From: a virus
Lineage: Duplodnaviria > Caudoviricetes
IMG/VR virus record: IMGVR_UViG_3300037462_000126
Coordinates: 1 to 25,560 of that record
Strand: one strand, 5' to 3'
DNA: 25,560 nt
Shown here: positions 16,122-25,560 of the stretch, piece after piece
Layout of the letters: every line of letters begins with the position of its first letter
Numbering within the stretch: position 1 is the first letter of the stretch
Notes under the pieces: generated by a model
Told to the model about the DNA's origin: nothing
What the model saw: only the letters and a program-made list of their open reading frames with translations
The model's database searches: none
Made by a program: the position numbers and the translations under genes

Positions 16122-18355
16122 TGCCGCAGGCCATCGCGCAGACCAATTTCAACGGCGGGGAAATCAGCCCGCGCCTGGCCGGCCGGCCTGACCTGGCGGC
16201 CTATCAGATCGGGCTGGCCGAGTGCCGCAATTTCGTGCCGCTGCTGCAAGGCCCGGTGACGAAGCGGCCGGGCACCATCCATGCCGAACTGGCCAAGGTG
16301 CAGGGCGAGGCATCGCGGCTGATCCCCTTTGTGCCGCGCAGCACCCAAGCCTATGTGATCGAGGCCAGCAGCGGCGTCTTTCGCTATTTCACCAACAATG
16401 TGCAGCTGGAAAGCAGCCCCGGCGTGCCGCTGGAAACGCCGACACCCTACACGGCCGCCGATATCGCCCGGCTGAACTGGCACCAGAGCAATGATGTGCT
16501 TTACCTGGTGGACGGCCGCCAGCAGCAGCGCCAGCTGCGCCGGCTGACCGCCACCACGTTCAGCCTGGGCCCGCTGGTGCTGCGCGGCGGCCCGTTCAAG
16601 GACCAGAACCGCGACAAGGCGACGACGATCAGCGCCAGTGCGGCGACCGGCACCATCACGCTGGTGGCCACGCAGCCGATTTTCCAGGCCGGCCATGTGG
16701 GCAGCCTGATCGAACTGGAAGCCATCGATTTCCGCAGCATCCGCGCATGGGAACCGGCGGCGCAGGTGAACATCAACGACCTGCGGCGCAGCGACGGCAA
16801 GGTGTATCGCTGTGTGGCGCGGGCCACTTCCGGCCGCACCGGCAGCGTGCAGCCCACCCATAGCGAAGGCCAGGAATGGGATGGCACCGCCTTTGGCAAG
16901 GACGTGAACGACAAGGACGCGCTGGGCGTGCTGTGGGAATATGTGCACGGCCGGTTCGGGATCGCGCGCATAACCGGCTTTACCAGCAGCTTTACCGTGC
17001 AGGCGACCGTGGAGCAGCGGCTGCCCGATGATGTGACCGGCGCCGGCAGCACGTTCCGCTGGGCGCATTCGGCCTACAGCGATGTGGAAGGCTGGCCGGA
17101 AACGGTGACAGTGTGGAACGAGCGCCTGATCTTGACCAAGGGCAACCGCATCGATGCCAGCGTGGTGGGCGATTTCCCCAATTTCGCGCGCCGCACCGAT
17201 GCCGGCCTGCTGGCGCCCGATCAGGCATTCACCTACCGGCTGCCGCAGGCCGGGCAAATCCTGTGGACGGAAACGGATCGCCAGCTGCTGCTGGGCACGG
17301 CCACGGCCGAATATTCCATTGCGGCCGTGAACCAGGCGGCGGCCGTGAGCGCCACCAACATCGCCGCGCCGCGCCAAAGCCAATATGGCAGCAACCCGGT
17401 GCGCGTGCTGGGCGCCGGCACGCGCACCCTGTTTGTGCAGCGCGGCGGGCGCAAGCTGCGGCAGATGGGCTACAGTTTCCAGGATGATCGCTATGTGGCG
17501 CCCGATCTGACCGTGCGGGCGCAGCATGTAACGCGCAGCGGCATTACCGCCATGGCGCTGCAAAACGAGCCGGAAGCGCTGATCTGGTGCACGCGCGGTG
17601 ATGGCCAGCTGCTGACGCTGACCTTTGCCGAGGATGAACAGGTGCGCGGGTGGGCGGTGATGCCGCTGGGCGGCGCTGATGCCGCCGTGGAAAGCCTGTG
17701 CGTGGTGCCTGCGCCCGACAACAGCTATGACCAGCTTTGGTTGCAGACGCGGCGCACGGTGGGCGGGCAGGTGCAGCGCGCCATTGAATATCTGGCGCCC
17801 TTCCGCGACGAGGCCGACCCGCTGGCCGATGCCTATTTCGTGGATGCCGGCCTGACCTATCGCGGCGCGCCGGCCAGCACGTTCACCAACTTGCAGCACC
17901 TGGCCGGCGAGGCGGTGATGGTGCTGGCCGATGGCGCCGTGATCGGGCCGCTGACCGTGAGCGGCGGCGGCAGCATCACCCTGCCCGAAGGCCGCACCGC
18001 CAGCGTGGTGCACGCGGGCCTGCCCTATACCGCGCGGATCAAGACCATGCAGCTGGACCCGCCGGCCGCCGAGGGCAGCAGCCAAGGTCGCCTGAAACGC
18101 GCCGTGCGCGCCGTGCTGCGCCTGCTGGACACGGTGGCAATGAAGATGGGATCACCGCCGGGCCGCCTGGACGATGTAACGCGCCGGCCGCAATCGATCC
18201 CGCTGGGGCAGGCGGTGCCCGCCTTCACCGGCGATATTCAGATTGGCGTGGATGGCCCGCACGAAGCGCGCGGCGTGCTGGTGATGGAAAGCGCCGAACC
18301 GTTGCCGGCCACGATCCTGGCCGTGTTCCCGGCCTTTGACGTGGGGGCACCGTGA
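16121..18355 (+). CDS. Tail nozzle / tail tubular protein B (T7 gp12-like), 744 aa
   Basis: NFNGGEISP.L.GR.D start, GPVTKRPGT, LFVQRGGRKLR, YFVDAG, HAGLPY motifs; coupled to the upstream stop. Confidence 0.9.
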   Translation: MPQAIAQTNFNGGEISPRLAGRPDLAAYQIGLAECRNFVPLLQGPVTKRPGTIHAELAKVQGEASRLIPFVPRSTQAYVIEASSGVFRYFTNNVQLESSPGVPLETPTPYTAADIARLNWHQSNDVLYLVDGRQQQRQLRRLTATTFSLGPLVLRGGPFKDQNRDKATTISASAATGTITLVATQPIFQAGHVGSLIELEAIDFRSIRAWEPAAQVNINDLRRSDGKVYRCVARATSGRTGSVQPTHSEGQEWDGTAFGKDVNDKDALGVLWEYVHGRFGIARITGFTSSFTVQATVEQRLPDDVTGAGSTFRWAHSAYSDVEGWPETVTVWNERLILTKGNRIDASVVGDFPNFARRTDAGLLAPDQAFTYRLPQAGQILWTETDRQLLLGTATAEYSIAAVNQAAAVSATNIAAPRQSQYGSNPVRVLGAGTRTLFVQRGGRKLRQMGYSFQDDRYVAPDLTVRAQHVTRSGITAMALQNEPEALIWCTRGDGQLLTLTFAEDEQVRGWAVMPLGGADAAVESLCVVPAPDNSYDQLWLQTRRTVGGQVQRAIEYLAPFRDEADPLADAYFVDAGLTYRGAPASTFTNLQHLAGEAVMVLADGAVIGPLTVSGGGSITLPEGRTASVVHAGLPYTARIKTMQLDPPAAEGSSQGRLKRAVRAVLRLLDTVAMKMGSPPGRLDDVTRRPQSIPLGQAVPAFTGDIQIGVDGPHEARGVLVMESAEPLPATILAVFPAFDVGAP

Positions 18356-18792
18356 TGGCCAGCACAGCGATCAACATCCGCAATATGGAAGCGGCCGACC
18401 TGGATGCTATCGATCTGCAACCGCGCCAGCAGCATGAGCGGCCATATTTGACCCTGGCCCATGCCGAGCGCCTGGTGGCCAGCGATTGGGCGTGGACCAT
18501 CGAGGATGATGCCGGCGTGCTGGGCGTGCTGGGCCTGCTGCCCTACATGCCGCAATCGGCACTGGCCTGGACGTTTTGGGCGGATCGATCAAAACCGCAC
18601 TTCCTGTGGATCACGCGGGAAATCCGCCGCGTGCTGGATGACGCGCCCTGGCGGCGGATCGAGGCCACGACGCGCGCCGATTGGCCAGAGGCCGGCCGCT
18701 GGGCACGGCTGTGCGGCTTCACCCATGTGCACACGCTGCGCCATTGGGGGATGGACGCGACCGACCATCACCTGTGGGAGCGCATCAAGTGA
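18355..18792 (+). CDS. GNAT-fold-like protein at the T7 gp13 position (145 aa)
   Basis: RRIEATT......GRWARLCGF pattern; TGATG coupling; synteny. Confidence 0.7.
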   Translation: MASTAINIRNMEAADLDAIDLQPRQQHERPYLTLAHAERLVASDWAWTIEDDAGVLGVLGLLPYMPQSALAWTFWADRSKPHFLWITREIRRVLDDAPWRRIEATTRADWPEAGRWARLCGFTHVHTLRHWGMDATDHHLWERIK

Positions 18793-19352
18793 CGGCCGCG
18801 CTGGCACCCATCGGCATCGGCCTGATGGCCGGCGGCCAGGTGCTGGGCGGCATTGCCGGCCTGCAATCGGCCAATGCCAATGCGCGCGCCGCCGAAGCCG
18901 AAGGCGACATGCTGCTGCGCGACGGCGTGGCCACGGCCGAGCGGGTGCGCAACCAGGCGCGCATGGTGCAGGGTGAAGCCGTGGCAGCACAGGGCGCCAG
19001 CGGCTTTCAGCTGGGCACCGGCAGCGCCATCGATGTGCTGCTGGAAAATGCCATCAACGCCGAAGTGGATATCATGACAGCGCGCACGCGCGGCGAGAAT
19101 GCCCGCGCCGCCAAGCGCACCGAAGCCGCCAACATGCGCGCCGCCGGGCGCATGGCGCTGGTCCAGGGCCTGATCGGCGCGGCGGCCAGTGTTGGCATGG
19201 GGGCGGCCAGCGGCGCCTTTGGCGGCGGCGGCGCGGCGGCGGCACCCACCAGCAGCGGCGGCCTGCTGGCACCGGCGGCTGTGGGCGGCGGCACCGGCAT
19301 TCCAGGCTGGGGTGGCCTGCCCGGCATTGGCGGCATGGGAAGTTTCGGCTGA
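18789..19352 (+). CDS. Internal virion/ejection protein (T7 gp14-like), 187 aa
   Basis: GTGA overlap start; Gly/Ala-rich hydrophobic termini; GASGFQLGTGSAIDVL motif. Confidence 0.78.
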   Translation: MTAALAPIGIGLMAGGQVLGGIAGLQSANANARAAEAEGDMLLRDGVATAERVRNQARMVQGEAVAAQGASGFQLGTGSAIDVLLENAINAEVDIMTARTRGENARAAKRTEAANMRAAGRMALVQGLIGAAASVGMGAASGAFGGGGAAAAPTSSGGLLAPAAVGGGTGIPGWGGLPGIGGMGSFG

Positions 19353-21397
19353 TGGCGCGCATTCCGATCATCACCAGCGACTTGAACGCCGGCACGGCCG
19401 TGAGCCTGCCGCAGACGACGCCGCAGCAATTCGGCGCCGGCATCGGCGCGCAGGTGCAGGCCGCCGGGCAGGACATTGCCCAGCTGGCGCTGCAACGGCG
19501 GCGCGACGATCAGCGCACCATGGCCGGCACGCGCCTGGCGCAGCTGGCCGTGACCGCTGCGCAGACGGCAGCCGAACGCCGCCAGAATGCAGCGGCCGGC
19601 GGCGCCGGGCACAGTGAAGCCGTGCTGGCCGCATTCGATCAGGCGGCGGCATCGGTGCTGGACGGCATCGATGAACCCGAAGTGGCCAACTGGACTCAGC
19701 GGCAGATCGCCGAGGAACGCGCCCGCATCACCATCAACGAAAGCGGATGGGAAGCCGGCAAGCGCGCCGAAAAGCTGGTGCTGGACTATAGCGAGGGCGA
19801 CAATCTTGAGCGCACCCAGCTGTATGCCAATCCTTCCATGGATGGCCTGCAAACCGCGCTGGCGCGCCGCAAGGGCGTGATCGACGGGCTTTCCGGCATC
19901 GATGGCAACACCCGCGAAAAGCTGTGGACCGAAAGCCGCAGCGGCCTGACCCTTTCCATGGCCCAGGGCATGGCCGAGCGTGACCCCTACCAAGGGCGCC
20001 AGCTGATCGAGAGCGGCGCGCTGGCCGGGCTGGTGGATGCCGACAAGCTGCAAAGCCTGAAAAACCGCGTGGACGTGGAAATCCGGGCCATCGAGGCCGC
20101 CCAGGAGCAGGCGCGCCGCGCGGCCGAGGCCGAGGCCCGCCGCGCGGCGGCCGAGGCCCGCGCCGAAGCGCGCGAGCAGCGCCGCATGATCGGCGACCGC
20201 ATCCGCGACAGCCAGGATTATCTGCGCGACGGCGGCACCATCGCGCCCGCCGAACTGCGCCAGCTGACCAGCGCTGCCTTGCAGATCGGCCGGCCAGAAC
20301 TGGCGCGCAGCGTGCAGCGGCTTGGCCTGACCAGCATCGTGAACCAGGAATTGCGGGGCCGCAGCCCGGCAGAAATCCAGGCATCGGTGAACGCGCTAAG
20401 CGCACAGATCAACAAGGCGGGCGACAAGGCGCCGGCCGAACTGCTGATCGCCCGCGATGCCGCCAGCGACAAGCTGGCCAGCGTGCAGCAGCAGCTGACC
20501 CGCGACCCGCTATCGCTGGCCGTGCGGGAGGGCGTGATCCCCGCCGTGCCCCAGCTGGACCCGGCCAACCCGCAGACATTTGCCGCGCGCGTGGCCGCCG
20601 GCCGCAAGGTGCAGGCCCGTTATGGCGGCGCGCTGCGCGTGCTGACCGACGAGGAAGCCGACAGCCTGGCCGCCAACCTGAATGGCGACAACAACCGGGC
20701 CAACCAGACGCTGGCACTGATGCGGCTGTTTCCGCGCGATGCCGCGCTGGCCGCCGCGCAGCAGATCGCGCCGAAAGACCCACTGGCCGCCCACATGGCG
20801 GGATTGAGCGTGCTGCCCGGCAATGCCGGCCGCAAGGTGGTGACACAGGTGCGGGAAGGCCGCGAAATCCTGCGCAGCAATCCCAAGATCGTCAGCAAGC
20901 CCGATGCCGAGGAAACCCGCGCCGATGTGCTGGGCGATGCCTTGCGCCTAGTGCCGCAGCTGGCCGGCGTGATCGGCCCCACCGCCGATGCCATCTATGC
21001 CGCCCGCGTGACCGCCTTTGGCGGTGGCGATGGCTTTGACAGTGCGCGTTACGCGCAGGCGGTGAATGACGCGCTGGGCGCCTATCGCGGGCTGGACGGG
21101 CAGACGCGCGGCGGCATTGGCCAGGATCGCAGCGGCGCACCCACATGGCTGCCCACCGGGATCAGCCAGAATGATTTTGATGGCGCGCTGGCCGCGCTGG
21201 ATGATGCGGCGCTGGCCCGCAATGCCGCCAATCAGCCGGTGGACGCGCGCGGCAAGCCAGTGCCGGCCGATGTGATCCGCAATGCCCGGCTGCTGCCCGT
21301 GGGCGATGGCCGTTACCGCGCGCTGGTGAATGGCCAGATGGTGATGGCCAAGGGCGGCGGCCCCTTCCAGCTGACCGTGCGGGCGCGCGCGCGATGA
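19352..21397 (+). CDS. Internal virion/ejection protein (gp15 position), 681 aa, helical
   Basis: MARIP start typical of this position; Ala/Gln/Arg-rich helical sequence; coupled to both neighbours. Confidence 0.75.
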   Translation: MARIPIITSDLNAGTAVSLPQTTPQQFGAGIGAQVQAAGQDIAQLALQRRRDDQRTMAGTRLAQLAVTAAQTAAERRQNAAAGGAGHSEAVLAAFDQAAASVLDGIDEPEVANWTQRQIAEERARITINESGWEAGKRAEKLVLDYSEGDNLERTQLYANPSMDGLQTALARRKGVIDGLSGIDGNTREKLWTESRSGLTLSMAQGMAERDPYQGRQLIESGALAGLVDADKLQSLKNRVDVEIRAIEAAQEQARRAAEAEARRAAAEARAEAREQRRMIGDRIRDSQDYLRDGGTIAPAELRQLTSAALQIGRPELARSVQRLGLTSIVNQELRGRSPAEIQASVNALSAQINKAGDKAPAELLIARDAASDKLASVQQQLTRDPLSLAVREGVIPAVPQLDPANPQTFAARVAAGRKVQARYGGALRVLTDEEADSLAANLNGDNNRANQTLALMRLFPRDAALAAAQQIAPKDPLAAHMAGLSVLPGNAGRKVVTQVREGREILRSNPKIVSKPDAEETRADVLGDALRLVPQLAGVIGPTADAIYAARVTAFGGGDGFDSARYAQAVNDALGAYRGLDGQTRGGIGQDRSGAPTWLPTGISQNDFDGALAALDDAALARNAANQPVDARGKPVPADVIRNARLLPVGDGRYRALVNGQMVMAKGGGPFQLTVRARAR

Positions 21398-24189
21398 TTG
21401 ACTGGTTCAGCCCTGCCGCCACGGCCGATGCCCTGCCCGCCTATCGCGGGCCGGCGCCGACCATGGGCGACGCCTTTGACGCCGGCCGGCTGAATTACGA
21501 TGCCGGATCGAACAGCATTGCCCGCGATGTGTATGCCGCGCAGATCGGCGCGGAAATCACCAGGGCGCTGGCGGCGCGCGGGCGCACCGGGATGGTGGCG
21601 GCCAATGGCAAGCGCATCACCTACAAGCCGGAAAGCCTGCGGCGGGACTATATCGCGCAGCCCACCGTGCAGCCGCGCCTGCTGCAAGACATTGCGGCCG
21701 AGCGGCGCCGTGACCCTGAATTCCTGAAAGACCTGTTTCCCGAAGGCGTGAGCGAAGCCGCGCTGGAAGCCGCCATCATTGCGCGGCGCAAGCGCGATTT
21801 TGAAAGCAGCAGCGCCGTGCTGGAAAATGCCGAAGGGCTGGGCACGGCCGCCGGCTTTGTGGGCGGGCTGGCCGCCACGTTTGAAGATCCGTTGCAGCTG
21901 GTTGGCATGGGTGCCACGGCCGCACTGCCGATCACCGCCATTGCCGGGCGCGGCGCGGCCACCGCCACCCGCGTGGCGCCGCGCCTTTTCGGCGGCAGCG
22001 CCGCCCGCGTGCGCGCCACTGCGATTGCCGCCCGCCTGGGCACGGCCGGGACAATCAATGCCGGCGTGGTGGCCGCCACGCTGCCGGTGATGGATGATCG
22101 CCTGGCCGAAATCGGCGTGGAAATGGGCGGCGCCGATATCGCCAAGATGCTGGCCATGGGCTTTGCGGCCGGCGGCATCATCGAGGGCGGCCAGATGGCC
22201 GTGGCCGCCGGTGCACGCGCCGCCGCCCCGGCCGTGACCGGCAGCGTGCGCCGCATGGCCGCCGCGCTGCGCAACACGGGCAAGGAACGGCCGCTGACGC
22301 CCGACGAGGCCGACGCGCTGGCCGTGCTGGACGAGGCCGCAGAAGATATCCGCAGCAGCCCCTATGTGCCCACGGCCGAAGGCGATGCCGTGCACGCCGC
22401 GCGCCTGGAAGAAGCCGTGAGCGCGCTGGAAAATGATCGGCCGATTGATCCCGCGCCGTTCACGGAAACCACGGCGCCGCTGCGCAGCGAAGTGGAAACC
22501 GCTCAGTATCTCGACATGGCGCGGGCCTATGCCGCTGATCGCGGCGCCGGGCCTTTGACGCCGGAAGCCTTTGGCGCCGCCGCAGGGCTGGCGCCCGATG
22601 ATGCCCGCCAGATATTGATGACGCTGGCGGCCAAGGATCGCAGCGTGCGCATGAGCGTGCGCACCGACAAGGCGACCGGCGCGCAAGCCCAAGTGTTTCG
22701 CCGGGCGCCGCAGCGCAGCGGGCCGGTGGACCTGCTGACCTGGATTGGTGATCGCGGCGGGATCAGCACCGCCAATGCCCACAGCCTGCTGCAAACGCTG
22801 GGGCAGAAATTCATTCCCGGCAGCGGGCCGCTGTTTCGCAAGACGGGCTTTGACCTGGAAAGCCTGGGCCAAGCCCTGATCGAAGATGGCTGGGTGCCAG
22901 AGCGCCTGGCCTATGATCCCAATGCGGCCGGCGGGATGACCGAAGCCGAAGTGCTGGCTCTGCTGGACCGGGCAGTGCGCGGCGACAAAATCTATCGCCC
23001 GGATGACCTGGCGACGGTGGCCGAGCGCGACGCGGCGGCCGGCAATGCCAGCGGCGCGCAAGCGGCCTTCATGGAAGCCGCCCGTGCCGACATGCAGCGT
23101 TATTGGCTGGAGGAACTGCCCGAATTCGTGACCGAGGGGCAGCCGATGACCCCGGAGCAGCTGGCCGAGATTGAACCGTTCATGACACCGGAGCGCGATG
23201 CCAAGGCCGCCTACGACGCATGGATGGAAAGCTGGACCGAGCGCAACCGGGCCGAAATCGATGCGGCCTATGAGGCAATCGACAATGCGGCGGATGTTGA
23301 GCTTCCGCCGGAATATCGTATGGAGGGCAGCGATGGCGGAGACGGCGGAAATCCAGCGATTGCGCGCGCAGCTGGCGATGGCGCAGAAAATGGTGACGGA
23401 CCCGGTGCTGTTTCAAGAAACGCGGGACAGCGCGGCGATGCAGATACGCCATCTGCAAGCCCGATTGCAGATGCTGACGCAGCCGGCGGCGCCGCCGAAG
23501 CAGCCCTAGAAGGCTTTGACGATCCCACCGGGCCGGCCATTGCCGCCCAGGTGGAAAGCCTGGTGCACGACCTGCGCGCGGAAGTGACGGGCGACCCGGT
23601 GGCGGGCGATGCCGCGCCGGCAGCTATCGAACCTTGGCGACAGGAACGCGCCAATGTGCAGCCTGGTGAGCCGCCAGTGCCAACAGGCATGATCCGCGTT
23701 TATCATGGCGGCAATGATGCGACGACCGGCGGCGGCGGCCGATGGGTAACGACATCCCGGCCAAAAGCGCAGGGATATGCAGACAAAAGCGGCGGGCAAT
23801 TGTGGTTCACCGATCTGCCTGAAAATCACCCGCGCCTGACACCCGAATATCCCGAACAGGGATATCGCCAGGGCTTTACATTTGAATGGGAGTTGACCGA
23901 AGCCGAAACCTTGCGGCTGCAAACCATGGACGAAGCCCGCCCCAATCCGCTGGATTTGGGCGAGCAGGTGGACCCGGCCGCCGCCGCGCGCGCCGCGCAG
24001 GAACTGGCGCTGCAGGCCAACAGCCCCATGCGCGGGCGGGCCGAGCAGGCCGATCTTTCCGATACCGGCCTGTTTGGCCAGATTGATGCCTTTGCCATGC
24101 ACGATGGCAAGGCACAGACGAAGGCCGACCTGCTGGCCGAAATCGAGGCCGACGATGCCGCCCTGAACACGCTGCGGGGGTGCCTGTGA
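21394..24189 (+). CDS. Large internal virion/ejection protein (931 aa) with an ADP-ribosyltransferase-like insert
   Basis: ATGA coupling; hydrophobic Gly/Ala segments in the N-terminal third; RVYHGG...WVTTSRPKAQGYA...E motif near the C-terminus. Confidence 0.75.
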   Translation: MIDWFSPAATADALPAYRGPAPTMGDAFDAGRLNYDAGSNSIARDVYAAQIGAEITRALAARGRTGMVAANGKRITYKPESLRRDYIAQPTVQPRLLQDIAAERRRDPEFLKDLFPEGVSEAALEAAIIARRKRDFESSSAVLENAEGLGTAAGFVGGLAATFEDPLQLVGMGATAALPITAIAGRGAATATRVAPRLFGGSAARVRATAIAARLGTAGTINAGVVAATLPVMDDRLAEIGVEMGGADIAKMLAMGFAAGGIIEGGQMAVAAGARAAAPAVTGSVRRMAAALRNTGKERPLTPDEADALAVLDEAAEDIRSSPYVPTAEGDAVHAARLEEAVSALENDRPIDPAPFTETTAPLRSEVETAQYLDMARAYAADRGAGPLTPEAFGAAAGLAPDDARQILMTLAAKDRSVRMSVRTDKATGAQAQVFRRAPQRSGPVDLLTWIGDRGGISTANAHSLLQTLGQKFIPGSGPLFRKTGFDLESLGQALIEDGWVPERLAYDPNAAGGMTEAEVLALLDRAVRGDKIYRPDDLATVAERDAAAGNASGAQAAFMEAARADMQRYWLEELPEFVTEGQPMTPEQLAEIEPFMTPERDAKAAYDAWMESWTERNRAEIDAAYEAIDNAADVELPPEYRMEGSDGGDGGNPAIARAAGDGAENGDGPGAVSRNAGQRGDADTPSASPIADADAAGGAAEAALEGFDDPTGPAIAAQVESLVHDLRAEVTGDPVAGDAAPAAIEPWRQERANVQPGEPPVPTGMIRVYHGGNDATTGGGGRWVTTSRPKAQGYADKSGGQLWFTDLPENHPRLTPEYPEQGYRQGFTFEWELTEAETLRLQTMDEARPNPLDLGEQVDPAAAARAAQELALQANSPMRGRAEQADLSDTGLFGQIDAFAMHDGKAQTKADLLAEIEADDAALNTLRGCL
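23333..23509 (+). CDS. Nested out-of-frame ORF (58 aa, MAETAEIQRLRAQLAMAQKMVTDPVLFQETRDSAAMQIRHLQARLQMLTQPAAPPKQP)
   Basis: GGAGG followed by 6 nt then ATG; amphipathic helical-hairpin pattern; the host frame over the same bases is a low-complexity G/D/A linker. Confidence 0.55.
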   Translation: MAETAEIQRLRAQLAMAQKMVTDPVLFQETRDSAAMQIRHLQARLQMLTQPAAPPKQP

Positions 24190-25560
24190 GCCTGGCCAGC
24201 TGCATCACCAGTTTGCGCGCCAAGGGCCAGCTGGACCCGGATCGGGCGCAATTCTACCTGGACCATTTCAACGAGCTGCGCGCCGAATATGAAAAGACCA
24301 TGGGGCGCTTTCAGGCCGAAGCCCTGGCCACGCGCGAGACGGTGGAGGCGGTGGGCCGCCAGATGAGCGAGGCGCGGCGGCAGAAGCTGCTGCAACTGCG
24401 CACGCAGGAAGGCATCGCCGCGGCCATCGCCGCGCATGTGAAGGCTGGCGGCAAGGCCGGCGATGCCGCCATTGCCGTGTTTGACCGCGTGGAAGGAGTG
24501 GACGGCATTGCCAGCCTGGAAGGGCGCCGGCAGGCGGTGCTGGCCATGGCGCACAGCAAGATGACCAGCCTGCTGCAACGATTTTCCACCGATCTTGCGG
24601 GGCGCACCCGCAACGCCGCGCAACTGGGCAACGTGATCAGGGAAGCCTTTGGCCACGACACTGGCGACCTGGCCGCGCGCGAACTGCTGAAAGCCTGGGC
24701 CGAAACGGCCGAACTGCTGCGCCAGCGCTTCAACGCGGCCGGTGGCCACATGCCGGCCATGGCGGATTGGGGCCTGCCGCAGTTTCACGACAGCCTGAAA
24801 GTGCGGCAGGCCACCTACGAGGCGTGGCGTGATTTCATCCTGCCCCGCCTGGATTTGCGCCGGATGAAAGACGGGATGACCGGCAAGCCGCTGACCGTGG
24901 TGCAGCTGAACAAGGCCCTGCGCGCCGCCTATGAAAGCATCCGCACCGAAGGCATGGACACGATGGTGCCCGGTTTCAGCCAGCCCCAGCGCCTGGCCAA
25001 CACGCGGGCCGAAGCCCGGTTTCTGCGCTTCAAGGATGCCAACGCATGGCTGGAATATCAGGCGCAATATGGCACGCCCAACCCGTGGGATGCCATGATG
25101 GGCCATGTGGAGGCCATGGCGCGCGACATTGCGCAGATGGAAATCCTGGGCCCGGCGCCCACCACCACGGTGCGATGGCTGACCGACCTGCTCCAAAAGG
25201 ATGCCCTGACCAGCAAGGCCACGGGCAATGCCTTTGACAAGGCGCGCGATGCCGCCTTTGGCGCGGCCAGCCAGATCGAGCGCATGTATGGCGTGTTCAA
25301 CGGTGAAACCAACCGGCCGGTGAGCGCCACGCTCGCCCGCGGATTTTCCACGGTGCGCAGCCTGCAACAGGCAGCCAAGCTGGGCGCGGCCATGCTTTCG
25401 GCGATCACCGATGTGGGCTTTCAGCGGGTGACGGCGCGTTTCAACGGGCTGGAACATCGCCGCATCATCGCCAACCAGCTGCGCCTGCTGAACCCGCTGG
25501 ACGCGGCCGATCGGGAACTGGCCATGAGCGCTGGCCTGATTGCCGACGAGGCATCGCAGC
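24186..25560 (+). CDS. Large internal virion/ejection protein, 3'-truncated by the window (starts MSLASCITSLRAKGQLDPDRA); not in the ORF track
   Basis: GTGA overlap with the upstream stop; no in-frame stop noticed to the window end; motifs RQRFNAAGG...DWGLPQ.HD, RFLRFKDA.AW.EYQ..YG, LGAAMLSAITD. Confidence 0.85.
   Translation, partial: MSLASCITSLRAKGQLDPDRAQFYLDHFNELRAEYEKTMGRFQAEALATRETVEAVGRQMSEARRQKLLQLRTQEGIAAAIAAHVKAGGKAGDAAIAVFDRVEGVDGIASLEGRRQAVLAMAHSKMTSLLQRFSTDLAGRTRNAAQLGNVIREAFGHDTGDLAARELLKAWAETAELLRQRFNAAGGHMPAMADWGLPQFHDSLKVRQATYEAWRDFILPRLDLRRMKDGMTGKPLTVVQLNKALRAAYESIRTEGMDTMVPGFSQPQRLANTRAEARFLRFKDANAWLEYQAQYGTPNPWDAMMGHVEAMARDIAQMEILGPAPTTTVRWLTDLLQKDALTSKATGNAFDKARDAAFGAASQIERMYGVFNGETNRPVSATLARGFSTVRSLQQAAKLGAAMLSAITDVGFQRVTARFNGLEHRRIIANQLRLLNPLDAADRELAMSAGLIADEASQ

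Noticed and set aside
19352-24189. Peptidoglycan hydrolase domain expected in the ejection proteins
   Set aside because: No lysozyme or transglycosylase motif could be recognised by eye, so none is called
10210-25457. Other long minus-strand ORFs (10210-12222, 13772-14770, 15887-18085, 21313-23061, 23826-25457)
   Set aside because: All lie opposite clear structural genes; typical stop-poor antisense frames

Overview
GC-rich 25.6-kb segment of a short-tailed (podovirus-type, BPP-1/T7-like virion module) phage or prophage, probably from an alphaproteobacterial host (inferred from GC content and gene families). Left to right: the C-terminal part of a P-loop primase/helicase-type replication gene; an opposite-strand four-gene accessory operon (DUF932 protein plus three small ORFs, two joined by identical 20-bp junctions, with a palindromic operator); a GGTTAC-iteron/IHF-site region that looks like the replication origin; terminase small and large subunits; a three-gene insert ending in a lower-GC 844-aa Ig/lectin-like fibre protein (candidate head-spike module); portal; Bbp19-like protein; a DUF2829 (Tad2-family anti-defence sponge) fusion gene bracketed by exact 45-bp direct repeats; scaffold; major capsid; decoration protein; tail adaptor and nozzle; a GNAT-like protein; and four internal virion/ejection proteins, the last cut by the window end. 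One ejection protein gene contains a nested out-of-frame ORF with its own strong RBS and, further downstream, an ADP-ribosyltransferase-like insert. No integrase, lysis genes, tRNA, CRISPR array or reverse transcriptase were seen. All family assignments come from motif recognition and synteny by eye, not from database searches.
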